NCBI RefSeq assembly: GCF_003019035.1
Contig: NZ_CP027447.1
Direction: 5' to 3' (one strand)
Length of the DNA stretch: 64,000 nt
DNA from: Escherichia coli
GTDB lineage: Bacteria; Pseudomonadota; Gammaproteobacteria; Enterobacterales; Enterobacteriaceae
The position numbers and the translations under genes are program-made. The notes beneath the pieces are model-generated. The model made no database searches. It was not told where the DNA came from and saw only the letters and a program-made list of their open reading frames with translations. The stretch's first letter is position 1, and the number at the start of each line of letters is the position of its first letter. Positions 8,304-17,530 of the stretch are shown here, in pieces.

Positions 8304-9956
8304 ATGTCATTGGACTATATTAAAGAACAGTTGTCAGACTTTATTTCATCTGCAGAACCTGAGGTAATGGCTATTCAGGGTGAATGGGGGATTGGGAAAA
8401 CCTATACTTGGAATACTTTCTTAAAGGAAAATAAAAATAAGATTGCATTTAATAGATATAGTTACGTCTCTCTTTTTGGTGTTAATTCATTGGACGCATT
8501 AAAATATTCCATCTTTGAAAATACAATTACAAAAGATTTTATTGGAAATAAACCTAATTTAAAAACAGCAACACAAAATACAAAGGGACTTCTTGAATCC
8601 TGCACTAGAAAGACCGCTCGTTTGTTAAAAGAAACACCTGTTGTGAAAAATTTCGCTACGACACTTGAGTCAATGTCATTTATGTCAATTACTAATGTTA
8701 TTGTAGTCATAGATGACTTAGAAAGACGTGGTAAAAATTTAGAAGTGAAAGATGTCTTAGGGTTGGTTTCTTTATTGAAAGAACAAAAAAATTGTAAGGT
8801 GGTTCTTTTACTTAATAATGGGACAAGTGGTATGGATGATTACTCCACTTATAAAGAAAAGGTTATTGATAGAGAGATTACCTATAACCCTACGCCAGAA
8901 GAATGTGCAGCTATAGCATATAAAAATAATTCTGATGTTCATAAATTATTAAGCAAATACTCCATTTCTCTGGGTATTAAAAATATTCGGATACTGAAAA
9001 AAATAGAGCGGTTTTTGCTAGCCTTGTTACCTGCTATTAACGTTAATTTTGATAAAATTGCAAATGAAGTCGCACGCTCCTTAACTTTGTATTGTTGGAG
9101 TCATTACGCATTTACTCCAGATGGAGATGTACCATCATTGGAATATATTAGAAATATGAGAAATATCTATATGCGTGATGAAAAAGAGGATGGAAAAGGA
9201 AAAAAATGGCTTAATACTTTGCTTATATATGGTTATAAAAAAACAAACGAACTTGATGAAGTCCTTATAGACATGGTTAAGCATGGATATATTGATATGA
9301 ACAATTTTCAAAGGCAAGTAAGTCTAAGAAATGATGAACTTATCCGTGATAGTAAGCGAGGTTCACTGTTTGAAGCATGGAAGCTTTTCTATAATTCATT
9401 TGAAGATAACCGAAATCAGGTTGTTGATAATCTATATCAAGCGGTGGTTGGTGGGATAGAGTATGTAACTCCAAGTGACTTGGATAGTGTTGTCGGACTG
9501 TATAGAGATTTAGATGAAAATATTAAAGCAAGTGAATTAATAAGTAAATTTATTAATTACGGCAATGATGCTCTTAAGGAATATGTCCAATCTATTTACA
9601 TGAATGTTCATCCTATAAAAGATGCTGAGTTAAAGTCAAAAATCCAAGATTATTCTATTACTTTAAATCTGGATGGTTCTATAAAGGATGTTCTAATAAA
9701 ATTATCAAGTCAGAATGGTTGGTCTGATAGGCACGAGGAAATATTGGATGCTGCCTCAGAGGATGACTACTATGATTTATTTAAAAAAGTCATTCTTGAA
9801 GGTGGTGATTCAATAATAGCCACTGCTCTTAAGTTTGGTGGGTATAGCAATGGTTCAGATAGAATGAAACGCATCGGAGAAAAAGCGAGAAATGCTTTGA
9901 TAAGAATTGGAAATGAGTCGAAGATTAATAAAATACGTGTTAGACGGTATTTGTAA
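8304..9956 (+). CDS. KAP-family P-loop NTPase (standalone, ~550 aa)
   Basis: Walker A GEWGIGKT (KAP signature GxWGxGK[ST]) and Walker B VIVVIDDLERR; no obvious transmembrane insert; AT-rich; perfect TATAAT at 8268-8273 upstream. ATG 8304 chosen for RBS spacing; the track ORF begins at 8274. Confidence 0.8.
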   Translation: MSLDYIKEQLSDFISSAEPEVMAIQGEWGIGKTYTWNTFLKENKNKIAFNRYSYVSLFGVNSLDALKYSIFENTITKDFIGNKPNLKTATQNTKGLLESCTRKTARLLKETPVVKNFATTLESMSFMSITNVIVVIDDLERRGKNLEVKDVLGLVSLLKEQKNCKVVLLLNNGTSGMDDYSTYKEKVIDREITYNPTPEECAAIAYKNNSDVHKLLSKYSISLGIKNIRILKKIERFLLALLPAINVNFDKIANEVARSLTLYCWSHYAFTPDGDVPSLEYIRNMRNIYMRDEKEDGKGKKWLNTLLIYGYKKTNELDEVLIDMVKHGYIDMNNFQRQVSLRNDELIRDSKRGSLFEAWKLFYNSFEDNRNQVVDNLYQAVVGGIEYVTPSDLDSVVGLYRDLDENIKASELISKFINYGNDALKEYVQSIYMNVHPIKDAELKSKIQDYSITLNLDGSIKDVLIKLSSQNGWSDRHEEILDAASEDDYYDLFKKVILEGGDSIIATALKFGGYSNGSDRMKRIGEKARNALIRIGNESKINKIRVRRYL

Positions 9957-9994
9957 TTTGGGAGGGGGATTTTCATCCCCCCCACACATTTTAT

Positions 9995-11026
9995 CTAATT
10001 CAATGAATAATCTTTGAAGGCTATTATTTTTTTCTTTAGCCAAATATTAACTTCTACAAGTCTTTTTTGTAAAGGAATTAACTCATTTCGCACAAAAACG
10101 CAACCGGCTTTCTCTATATCCCCAAATCCCCCAACATTATTAGGCATTATCCCCATCATTTGTGGCGGTACACGGTGCGCAGCCATCATGTCATCGCGGC
10201 TGACATTTTTGATATTCAGAAACTCATCCTTCGCCGCGACTTCTGACAGAGGAATGATCTGAAGGCCGTCCTTTTTGCCGTTAGGCGAGTACATAAACAG
10301 GTTGCGGAAGTTGCCTGGACCTTTGGCGCTTTTCATCGCGTTGCGGAGATTGTTCACATCCTCCTGATTCTGCGCGGCGTCGGTCATGTACATGATGAAG
10401 CCTGCATGGCTGCCGTTGATGTAATACTTACGGCGGAACAGCGTGGCAGACTCGTTGAGCAGGGCGGATGGAATGGCAGAAAGATAGCCTGGCAGGCCGT
10501 AGATCTCCTGGTTGATGTCCGGTTCCATCAGATGAAAAATGCTGCCTTTCGTGAACTGATACGGCTGGGTTGTCATACCGTATTGCACAAACCAGTAGGT
10601 ATCCAGGTCTAACCCACGTCGGGTGTATTTTGCCAGCGCAGGCTCAAGGGCGATAACTTCACCGAATCGGTTCGTGCGTTTCTCCAGGTAGGCGTTACCA
10701 AATACCAGATAGTCCTGCACAAAACGCGAAAAAGCCTGTTGGCTGAGCAGCGGATGAGGGATATAGGTACTGGTCAGAATGTTGCACTTTACTGCAATCG
10801 GGGAACTGTGATGCACGGCAGCGCGGAAGGTGCGTGCCAGTCCGTCAAAACTTACGGGTGGCTCATACCAGCGATCCGTCTGTACGCATTCCACATAGTC
10901 CAGCAGTTCGCGGCGGTCCAGTACAGGAATGGGATCACCAAAGCTGAAAGCTTCGGCTGAAATTTGATTTTTATGCTGACTCTGTTTCGTCGTCGCAGCG
11001 CGGTTTTTCTTACTCTTTCCCATCAA
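9995..11026 (-). CDS. portal protein (P2 gpQ homolog)
   Basis: 343-aa ORF, leftward, followed by the terminase ATPase gene; P2 Q-P arrangement. Confidence 0.9.
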   Translation of the reverse strand: MMGKSKKNRAATTKQSQHKNQISAEAFSFGDPIPVLDRRELLDYVECVQTDRWYEPPVSFDGLARTFRAAVHHSSPIAVKCNILTSTYIPHPLLSQQAFSRFVQDYLVFGNAYLEKRTNRFGEVIALEPALAKYTRRGLDLDTYWFVQYGMTTQPYQFTKGSIFHLMEPDINQEIYGLPGYLSAIPSALLNESATLFRRKYYINGSHAGFIMYMTDAAQNQEDVNNLRNAMKSAKGPGNFRNLFMYSPNGKKDGLQIIPLSEVAAKDEFLNIKNVSRDDMMAAHRVPPQMMGIMPNNVGGFGDIEKAGCVFVRNELIPLQKRLVEVNIWLKKKIIAFKDYSLN

Positions 11027-12789
11027 AAAATCTCCACAATATTACTTGTATTGGCGGACTCGCCCTGCAGTGGTTCGTTAAACAGTGCGTGCATTGTTGC
11101 CCAGGCCAGATCGGCGTGGCTGGCTTCTTCGCTGCGGCTGGCTTCATAGGTTGGGCGGTTGCCGCTGGCGGTGGTGGCGCGACGGATTGCCATAAATGAT
11201 TGCGCAATGTCGGTGTGCCCGGCGTCAAACTCCAGACGGCGGTGGCTGATAATGTCGTAGGCCTTGAGTACCAGGGCGTTTTTAACGTTGGGGTTGTAAA
11301 CAAACTCCCGGACGGCAGGAAAGAACGCTTTCACGTTCTCATAAACCCCGTGACCTACACCTGTCGAGTCGATGCCGATATAGGTCACGTTGTACTGTTC
11401 GGTCAATTTTTTGATGGCATCCGCCTGGGCGCGGAAGTCCATCCCGCGCCACTGGTGACGCTCAAGAATGCGGAACTTACCGCCCGGCACGGCTGGCGGA
11501 GCCACCACCACGCATCCGGCACTGTCGCCGTTCTGCGTACCTTTCGCCGGGTCATAACCGATCCATACTTCGCGCCAGCCAAACGGGCGCAGGGCCAGTG
11601 CATGAAAGTCGGTCCAGACTTCCCAGCTGTCCACCATGCACGCCTGCAGTTCGCTGAGCGGAAACACGGACGCGAGATCGTCCACGAACTCGCACATCAG
11701 CAGGTTCTGGTATTCATCCGGGCTGTACTCCATGCGCAACTGGTCAAGGTCGAACAGGTTACAGCCGCCGCGCACCGCGTCTTCCACGGTGACTATCTGG
11801 CGGTATTGCCCGTCTGCGCACAGCAGGCCGGGGGCCAGATTGCTGTGGGACAGGTCGATGTCCACCTTGTCGGCTTTGTTGCGTCCACGGTTGAACAGCG
11901 CACCGGACCAGAACGGATAAGCACTGTGGGTCAGGCTGGATGGCGTGGAAAAATAGGTTTGTCGCCATTTCTTGTGAATAGCCATCCCGGAAGCCACTTT
12001 GCGCAGCTCCTGGAATTTCGGTATCCAGAAATATTCATCCAGATACAGGTTGCCGTGATAACTCTGGGCCGTGCGGGCATTGGTGCCGAGGAAGTAAAGC
12101 GTGGCTCCGTTAGGAAGCACCATCGGATCGCCTTTCAGCTCCACCTCCACTTCTTTGGCGAAGTCGATGATGTACTGTTTAAAGACGTGGGCCTGTGCCT
12201 TACTGGCGGAAAGGAAAATCTGGTTACGTCCGGTAAGCAGGGCGTCAATCAGGGCTTCACGGGCAAAGTAAAAGGTCGCGCCGATCTGGCGAGACTTCAG
12301 CAGGTTGCGGATGCGGTTGGTTTTTCCGGCTTCCCACCAGTGGCGCTGGTAGTTGAACATGGAGGAATGGAAGATTTCTTCCAGCTTCTCAATCTGCTCA
12401 TCGGTGAAAACATTCTTTTCCGGCTGACGGCGTGGGCCTTTATTGCGGTTGGCGACGTTAGGGTTTAAGTCGGCTTCGTTGCCGCCATTGTTAAACTTGC
12501 CGATCCGCGCGTGGCGCTCAGACTGGCGCGCCAGCAGGTCAATCTCTTTGAAATCTTTCCCTTCTTTGTGCTCCTTCATAATGAGCTGGCAGTAGCGTGC
12601 GGCGGTGGTGAGCTGCATCTGATCCAGCGGCCCATAGTCACCCCACTTGTCGCGTTTTTTCCAGCTGTGAACGGTTGCAACTTTCTCGCCCAGCATTTCA
12701 GCAATGCGGGCTACGCGGTATCCCTGAAAGTACAGCAACATGGCCTGCCGACGGGGATCGAGATCTGCGGGTGTCAGTGTGGTGTTCAT
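11023..12789 (-). CDS. terminase large (ATPase) subunit (P2 gpP homolog)
   Basis: 588-aa ORF divergent from the O-N-M-L operon; size and position match P2 gpP. Confidence 0.9.
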   Translation of the reverse strand: MNTTLTPADLDPRRQAMLLYFQGYRVARIAEMLGEKVATVHSWKKRDKWGDYGPLDQMQLTTAARYCQLIMKEHKEGKDFKEIDLLARQSERHARIGKFNNGGNEADLNPNVANRNKGPRRQPEKNVFTDEQIEKLEEIFHSSMFNYQRHWWEAGKTNRIRNLLKSRQIGATFYFAREALIDALLTGRNQIFLSASKAQAHVFKQYIIDFAKEVEVELKGDPMVLPNGATLYFLGTNARTAQSYHGNLYLDEYFWIPKFQELRKVASGMAIHKKWRQTYFSTPSSLTHSAYPFWSGALFNRGRNKADKVDIDLSHSNLAPGLLCADGQYRQIVTVEDAVRGGCNLFDLDQLRMEYSPDEYQNLLMCEFVDDLASVFPLSELQACMVDSWEVWTDFHALALRPFGWREVWIGYDPAKGTQNGDSAGCVVVAPPAVPGGKFRILERHQWRGMDFRAQADAIKKLTEQYNVTYIGIDSTGVGHGVYENVKAFFPAVREFVYNPNVKNALVLKAYDIISHRRLEFDAGHTDIAQSFMAIRRATTASGNRPTYEASRSEEASHADLAWATMHALFNEPLQGESANTSNIVEIF

Positions 12790-12835
12790 GGCACAAACCT
12801 ACAGCCTTGAATGAAGGCTTTCCCCGCCTGCGGTT

Positions 12836-12853
12836 TGTGTGGTTGTCGGTACA
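12836..12853. promoter_or_regulatory. candidate Ogr/B-activator site of a late promoter (TGTGT-N9-TACA)
   Basis: TGTGTGGTTGTCGGTACA in the P-O intergenic region fits the P2 late-promoter element TGT-N12-ACA; near-identical elements occur upstream of V and FI. Confidence 0.45.
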
Positions 12854-12931
12854 AATACCGCGCATTGTTTCACTGCCCCCATCACCGCAACCATAAGGCT
12901 CCAGTAAGTTTTTTCTAACGGAGCACGGCTC

Positions 12932-13765
12932 ATGACAGTGAAAGCAAAGCGTTTTCGCATCGGGGTGGAAGGTGCCACCACCGACGGACGCGAAATCCAG
13001 CGTGAATGGCTGGAACAGATGGCAGCCAGCTACAACCCGGCGGTGTATACCGCGCTGATTAACCTTGAGCACATCAAGTCTTATCTGCCGGACAGCACCT
13101 TTAACCGCTACGGCAAGGTGACGGCGCTGTTTGCTGAAGAAATCACGGAAGGTCCGCTGGCAGGCAAGATGGCGCTGTATGCCGACGTTGAGCCAACGGA
13201 GTCCCTGGTGGAACTGGTGAAAAAAGGCCAGAAATTATTCACCTCTATGGAAGTCAGCCCGAAGTTCGCTGATACGGGCAAAGCCTACCTGGTCGGCCTG
13301 GCTGCCACTGATGACCCTGCCAGTCTGGGCACTGAAATGCTGACATTCAGCGCCAGTGCAGCCCATAACCCGCTGGCAAACCGCAAGCAGAATCCCGCCA
13401 ATCTCTTTACCGCCGCAGAGGAAACGGTGATCGAACTGGAAGAAATCCAGGATGACAAACCGTCCCTGTTTGCCCGTGTCACGGCGCTGTTTACCAAAAA
13501 AGAGCAGTCCGATGACGCCCGGTTCTCTGATGTGCATAAGGCCGTGGAGCTGGTCGCCACTGAGCAGCAGAACCTGAGCGCACGCACCGAAAAATCCCTG
13601 TCTGAGCAGGAAGAACGCCTGTCTGAACTGGAGACTGCTCTGCAGGAGCAGCAAACCGCCTTTAACGAACTGGTGAATAAGCTGAGTCATGAAGACAGCC
13701 GCCAGGACTACCGCCAGCGTGCAACAGGCGGTAACGCCCCCGCTGACACTCTGACCAATTGCTGA
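12932..13765 (+). CDS. capsid scaffolding protein (P2 gpO homolog)
   Basis: 277-aa ORF, first gene of the rightward late operon, directly before the major capsid gene. Confidence 0.85.
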   Translation: MTVKAKRFRIGVEGATTDGREIQREWLEQMAASYNPAVYTALINLEHIKSYLPDSTFNRYGKVTALFAEEITEGPLAGKMALYADVEPTESLVELVKKGQKLFTSMEVSPKFADTGKAYLVGLAATDDPASLGTEMLTFSASAAHNPLANRKQNPANLFTAAEETVIELEEIQDDKPSLFARVTALFTKKEQSDDARFSDVHKAVELVATEQQNLSARTEKSLSEQEERLSELETALQEQQTAFNELVNKLSHEDSRQDYRQRATGGNAPADTLTNC

Positions 13766-13781
13766 TGGAGCACAAAACCTG

Positions 13782-14840
13782 ATGAAGAAGAATACCCGCT
13801 TTGCTTTTAACGCTTACCTGCAGCAGCTGGCGCGTCTGAACGGTGTGGCAGTTGAAGAACTGTCCAGCAAGTTCACCGTGGAGCCGTCTGTACAGCAGAC
13901 GCTGGAAGACCAGATCCAGCAGTCCGCCGCTTTCCTGACGCTGATTAACGTCACGCCAGTGACTGAGCAGTCCGGTCAGCTGCTGGGGCTGGGTGTTGGT
14001 AGCACCATTGCCGGAACCACTGACACCACCGCGAAAGAGCGTGAACCTGTCGATCCTACGCTGATGGTCGATGTGGAATACAAATGCGAGCAGACCAACT
14101 TTGACACGGTACTGACCTACGCGAAGCTGGACCTGTGGGCGAAGTTTCAGGATTTCCAGGTGCGTATCCGTGACGCCATCGTGAAACGTCAGGCACTGGA
14201 CCGCATCATGATCGGCTTTAACGGCGTGAAGCGTGCGAAAACCTCCAACCGTAGCGAAAACCCGCTGCTGCAGGATGTGAACAAAGGCTGGCTGCAGAAA
14301 ATCCGTGAGGATGCACCGGATCACGTCATGGGCAGCACCACCACGGGCGGTGAAACCACACCGGGCGCGGTGAAAGTCGGTAAAGGTGGCGAATATGCCA
14401 ACCTGGACGCTGTGGTGATGGATGCCGTCAATGAGCTTATCGACGTGGTCTACCAGGACGATGACGATCTGGTGGTGATTTGCGGTCGTGAACTGCTGTC
14501 TGACAAGTATTTCCCGCTGGTCAACAAAGAGCAGGAAAACAGTGAAAAACTGGCTGCCGATATGATCATCAGTCAGAAACGCATGGGTGGCCTGCAGGCC
14601 GTGCGTGCGCCGTTCTTCCCGCCGAATGCACTGCTGATCACCCGTCTGGATAACCTGTCCATCTACTGGCAGGAAGACACCCGCCGCCGTTCAGTTATCG
14701 ACAACCCGAAACGTGACCGGATTGAAAACTTTGAATCCGTTAACGAAGCCTATGTGGTTGAGGACTACCGCTGCGCTGCACTGGTGGAAAACATCCAGAT
14801 TGGCGATTTTAGCGCCGCCGCAGCAGAAACCGGAGCGTAA
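13782..14840 (+). CDS. major capsid protein (P2 gpN homolog)
   Basis: 352-aa ORF between scaffold and small terminase genes. Confidence 0.9.
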   Translation: MKKNTRFAFNAYLQQLARLNGVAVEELSSKFTVEPSVQQTLEDQIQQSAAFLTLINVTPVTEQSGQLLGLGVGSTIAGTTDTTAKEREPVDPTLMVDVEYKCEQTNFDTVLTYAKLDLWAKFQDFQVRIRDAIVKRQALDRIMIGFNGVKRAKTSNRSENPLLQDVNKGWLQKIREDAPDHVMGSTTTGGETTPGAVKVGKGGEYANLDAVVMDAVNELIDVVYQDDDDLVVICGRELLSDKYFPLVNKEQENSEKLAADMIISQKRMGGLQAVRAPFFPPNALLITRLDNLSIYWQEDTRRRSVIDNPKRDRIENFESVNEAYVVEDYRCAALVENIQIGDFSAAAAETGA

Positions 14841-14843
14841 TTC

Positions 14844-15494
14844 ATGAGCCTGAGTCCCGCACGGCAGCATCGCCTGCGCGTTCAGGCTGAACAGGCCGCC
14901 CGTGAGGGCGGCAGCGTTCGCCACGCGTCGGGCTATGACCTGATGCTGCTGCAACTGGCGGAAGATCGCCGCCGTCTCAAGGGCGTTCAGTCCACGGTCA
15001 AAAAAGCGGAAATCAAGGTGGAGCTGCTGCCGAAATACGCCGCCTGGGCAGAGGGTGTTCTGGCTGCCGGAGGCGCTCAACAGGATGACGTGCTGATGTA
15101 CGTGATGCTGTGGCGCATTGATGCCGGAGATTATGCCGGGGCGCTGGAGATCGGGCGTCATGCCCTGCGTCATGGCTGGGTGATGCCGCTGGGTAACCGC
15201 AATGTGCAAACCGTGCTGGCAGAGGAAATGGCAGACGCGGCACAGAGCGCAATGCTTGCCACTACCGGCTTTGATGTCGATCTGTTGCTGCAGACGCTGG
15301 AGCTGACAGACGGTCTGGACATGCCGGACCAGTCACGGGCGCGTCTGCATAAAGCGATTGGCGCTGTCCTGAGTGAAAGTAATCCGGCTTCCGCCCTTAA
15401 TCATCTCAACCATGCGTTACAGCTCGATCCCCGCTGTGGCGTGAAAAAAGACAAACAGCAGCTGGAGCGCAGACTGCGCAATGACAGCCGCTGA
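14844..15494 (+). CDS. terminase small (endonuclease) subunit (P2 gpM homolog)
   Basis: 216-aa ORF after the capsid gene. Confidence 0.85.
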   Translation: MSLSPARQHRLRVQAEQAAREGGSVRHASGYDLMLLQLAEDRRRLKGVQSTVKKAEIKVELLPKYAAWAEGVLAAGGAQQDDVLMYVMLWRIDAGDYAGALEIGRHALRHGWVMPLGNRNVQTVLAEEMADAAQSAMLATTGFDVDLLLQTLELTDGLDMPDQSRARLHKAIGAVLSESNPASALNHLNHALQLDPRCGVKKDKQQLERRLRNDSR

Positions 15495-15589
15495 CAGAAC
15501 GTGCCCCCGCGCACGGGCGGCACGGGGTGGCGAAAGGCACTGCCACATCAAAACCCCGTCCACCGCCCTCTATCTCAGGAGAAAGCAGC

Positions 15590-16054
15590 ATGAAGTTTGT
15601 GGCGCCAGAACAGGCACCGGAACAGGCGGAAATCATCAGGAATACGCCGTTCTGGCCTGATGTGGATCTGTCGGAGTTCCGCAGTGTGATGCGCACTGAC
15701 GGTACGGTGACGCAGCCGCGTTTAAAGCAGGTTGCGCTGTCGGCAATTTCGGAGGTCAACGCAGAGCTGTATGAGTTTCGCAGATGCCAGCAGATGCTGG
15801 GGTATGCCTCGCTGGCAGAGGTTCCGGCGGAACAGCTGGACGGCAAAAGTGAGCGCGTTCAGCACTATTTCAACGCGGTTTACTGCTGGGCACGCGCCAT
15901 GCTCAACGAACGTTACCAGGACTATGACGCCACGGCATCCGGTGCGAAGCGGGGCGAGGAACTGGCGGAAGCAAGCGGTGATTTATGGCGTGACGCCCGC
16001 TGGGCCATCAGCCGGGTGCAGGATGCGCCGCACTGCACAGTGGAGCTTATCTGA
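15590..16054 (+). CDS. head completion/stabilisation protein (P2 gpL homolog)
   Basis: IRNTPFWPDVD resembles the gpL N-terminal region; ATG 15590 has a GGAGAAAG RBS; alternative GTG start at 15527. Confidence 0.75.
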   Translation: MKFVAPEQAPEQAEIIRNTPFWPDVDLSEFRSVMRTDGTVTQPRLKQVALSAISEVNAELYEFRRCQQMLGYASLAEVPAEQLDGKSERVQHYFNAVYCWARAMLNERYQDYDATASGAKRGEELAEASGDLWRDARWAISRVQDAPHCTVELI

Positions 16055-16257
16055 TGAAAGTGCGTGCGCATCAGTATGACACGGTGGACGCACTTTGCTG
16101 GCGTCATTACGGGCGCACGCAGGGTGTCACGGAGCAGGTACTGAAGGCAAATCCGGGGCTTGCCGAATACGGCCCCTTTTTACCTCACGGGCTGCAGGTG
16201 GAGCTGCCGGACATTCCGACCACCACCACCGTGCAGACCGTCCAGCTATGGGACTGA
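16054..16257 (+). CDS. tail protein X (P2 gpX homolog)
   Basis: 67-aa ORF between L and the lysis cassette. Confidence 0.7.
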   Translation: MKVRAHQYDTVDALCWRHYGRTQGVTEQVLKANPGLAEYGPFLPHGLQVELPDIPTTTTVQTVQLWD

Positions 16258-16260
16258 ATT

Positions 16261-16476
16261 ATGACGCTTGAGCGAATCAGCGCCTTTATCACGTATTGCA
16301 TCGCCGTCGTGCTGGCCTGGCTGGGCGATTTGTCCATCAAGGATGCCTCAACGCTGGGCGGCCTGATGATTGGTGTGCTGATGATGGCTATCAACTGGTA
16401 CTACAAACACAAAGCCTACCAGCTTCTGCGCGACGGGCAGATCTCGCGGGAGGACTATGAATCCATCAATCGTTAA
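16261..16476 (+). CDS. holin (small two-TMD, pinholin-like)
   Basis: 71 aa with two hydrophobic segments and a charged C-terminus; immediately precedes the endolysin. Confidence 0.7.
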   Translation: MTLERISAFITYCIAVVLAWLGDLSIKDASTLGGLMIGVLMMAINWYYKHKAYQLLRDGQISREDYESINR

Positions 16477-16972
16477 ACGCTGCCTTGTCGGGGCCGTGCT
16501 GGCTATTGCTGCCACGCTGCCGGGTTTTCAGCAGCTTCACACCTCCGTGGAGGGGCTGAAACTGATTGCCGATTACGAAGGCTGTCGTCTGCAGCCGTAT
16601 CAGTGCAGCGCGGGTGTCTGGACCGACGGCATTGGTAATACATCTGGCGTCATTCCAGGCAAAACCATTACGGAACGACAGGCAGCGGAAGGGCTGATCT
16701 CCAACGTGCTGCGTGTGGAGCGGGCGCTGGAAAGATGTGTGAAGCAACAGCCGCCACAAAAGGTGTATGACTCGGTGGTGTCGTTTGCCTTCAACGTGGG
16801 GACAGGCAATGCCTGCAGCTCCACGCTGGTGAAATTGCTCAATCAGCGGCACTGGGCGGATGCGTGCCGACAGTTGCCGCGCTGGGTTTATGTGAAAGGT
16901 GTGTTTAATCAGGGGCTGGATAACCGCCGTGCGCGGGAGATGGCCTGGTGCCTTAAAGGAGCTGGACTATGA
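16457..16972 (+). CDS. SAR endolysin (T4-type lysozyme, GH24-like)
   Basis: N-terminal hydrophobic SAR-like segment (CLVGAVLAIAATLPGF) followed by a lysozyme E...D...T catalytic region (EGLKLIADYEGCRLQPYQCSAGVWTDGIGNT). Confidence 0.85.
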   Translation: MNPSIVKRCLVGAVLAIAATLPGFQQLHTSVEGLKLIADYEGCRLQPYQCSAGVWTDGIGNTSGVIPGKTITERQAAEGLISNVLRVERALERCVKQQPPQKVYDSVVSFAFNVGTGNACSSTLVKLLNQRHWADACRQLPRWVYVKGVFNQGLDNRRAREMAWCLKGAGL

Positions 16973-17397
16973 CGCGTGCGCTGGCAGTAGTGGTGGCGCT
17001 GGCACTCGTTACGCTGGGCTGGCAGTCGTGGCGGCTTAACAGCGCCAGCCACACCATCGAAACGCAGCGCGCGGCGCTGAAAAGTAAAGCGCAAGAACTG
17101 ACGAAGAAAAACAGCCAGCTGATCGGTCTGTCCATTCTGGCTGAAACCAACAACCGGGAGCAGGCGCGGCTCTACGCTGAAGCAGAACAGACCAGCGCAC
17201 TGCTGAGACAACGACAACGCCGGATCGAGGAACTGAAACGTGAGAACGAGGATTTACGCCGCTGGGCTGATACTCCTTTGCCTGCTGACATTATCCGGCT
17301 GCGGGAACGTCCGGCACTCACCGGAGGTGCAGCTTACCGTCAGTGGTTGTCCGCGAGTGACGCCGTGTCGGCTGGAGCAGGCAGCGCCGCGCACTAA
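16969..17397 (+). CDS. LysB (Rz-like inner-membrane spanin)
   Basis: 142 aa; N-terminal TM segment then coiled-coil-like region; follows the endolysin. Confidence 0.7.
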   Translation: MTRALAVVVALALVTLGWQSWRLNSASHTIETQRAALKSKAQELTKKNSQLIGLSILAETNNREQARLYAEAEQTSALLRQRQRRIEELKRENEDLRRWADTPLPADIIRLRERPALTGGAAYRQWLSASDAVSAGAGSAAH

Positions 17398-17530
17398 CGG
17401 TGATCTGAACGCATTGCTGGATGAAACGGAGGCCGCCTGGGCGGTCTGTGCAGACAAAGTGGACATGATTATTGCGTGTCAGGAGCGAAACAGTGAACAA
17501 ACCACAATCCCTGCGCCACGCCCTCAATAA
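17240..17530 (+). CDS. LysC (Rz1-like outer-membrane lipoprotein spanin), overlapping LysB in another frame
   Basis: Lipobox LTLSGC after a signal-like segment; GTG start; embedded in/overlapping lysB as in P2. Confidence 0.6.
   Translation: MRTRIYAAGLILLCLLTLSGCGNVRHSPEVQLTVSGCPRVTPCRLEQAAPRTNGDLNALLDETEAAWAVCADKVDMIIACQERNSEQTTIPAPRPQ

Noticed and set aside
8101-8367. ORFs of 69 aa (minus) and 85 aa (plus) in the GC-rich island upstream of the KAP gene
   Set aside because: No RBS support and non-protein-like composition; the region is better explained as the cos/packaging region and KAP promoter.
11200-12468. 422-aa plus-strand ORF overlapping the terminase large subunit gene
   Set aside because: Antisense to a conserved structural gene; translation is Gly/Val/Arg-rich with no motifs; classic shadow ORF.
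12816-12834. Second cos-like motif (reverse strand CCGCAGGCGGGGAAAGCC) in the P-O intergenic region
   Set aside because: Shares the GGCGGGGAAAGC core with P2/186 cos, but lies where the divergent late promoters belong; the 8218-8236 candidate is better placed relative to Q. This remains uncertain without alignment or end mapping.
13662-14324. 220-aa minus-strand ORF overlapping the scaffold/major capsid genes (also 13235-13690)
   Set aside because: Antisense shadow ORFs within conserved capsid genes.
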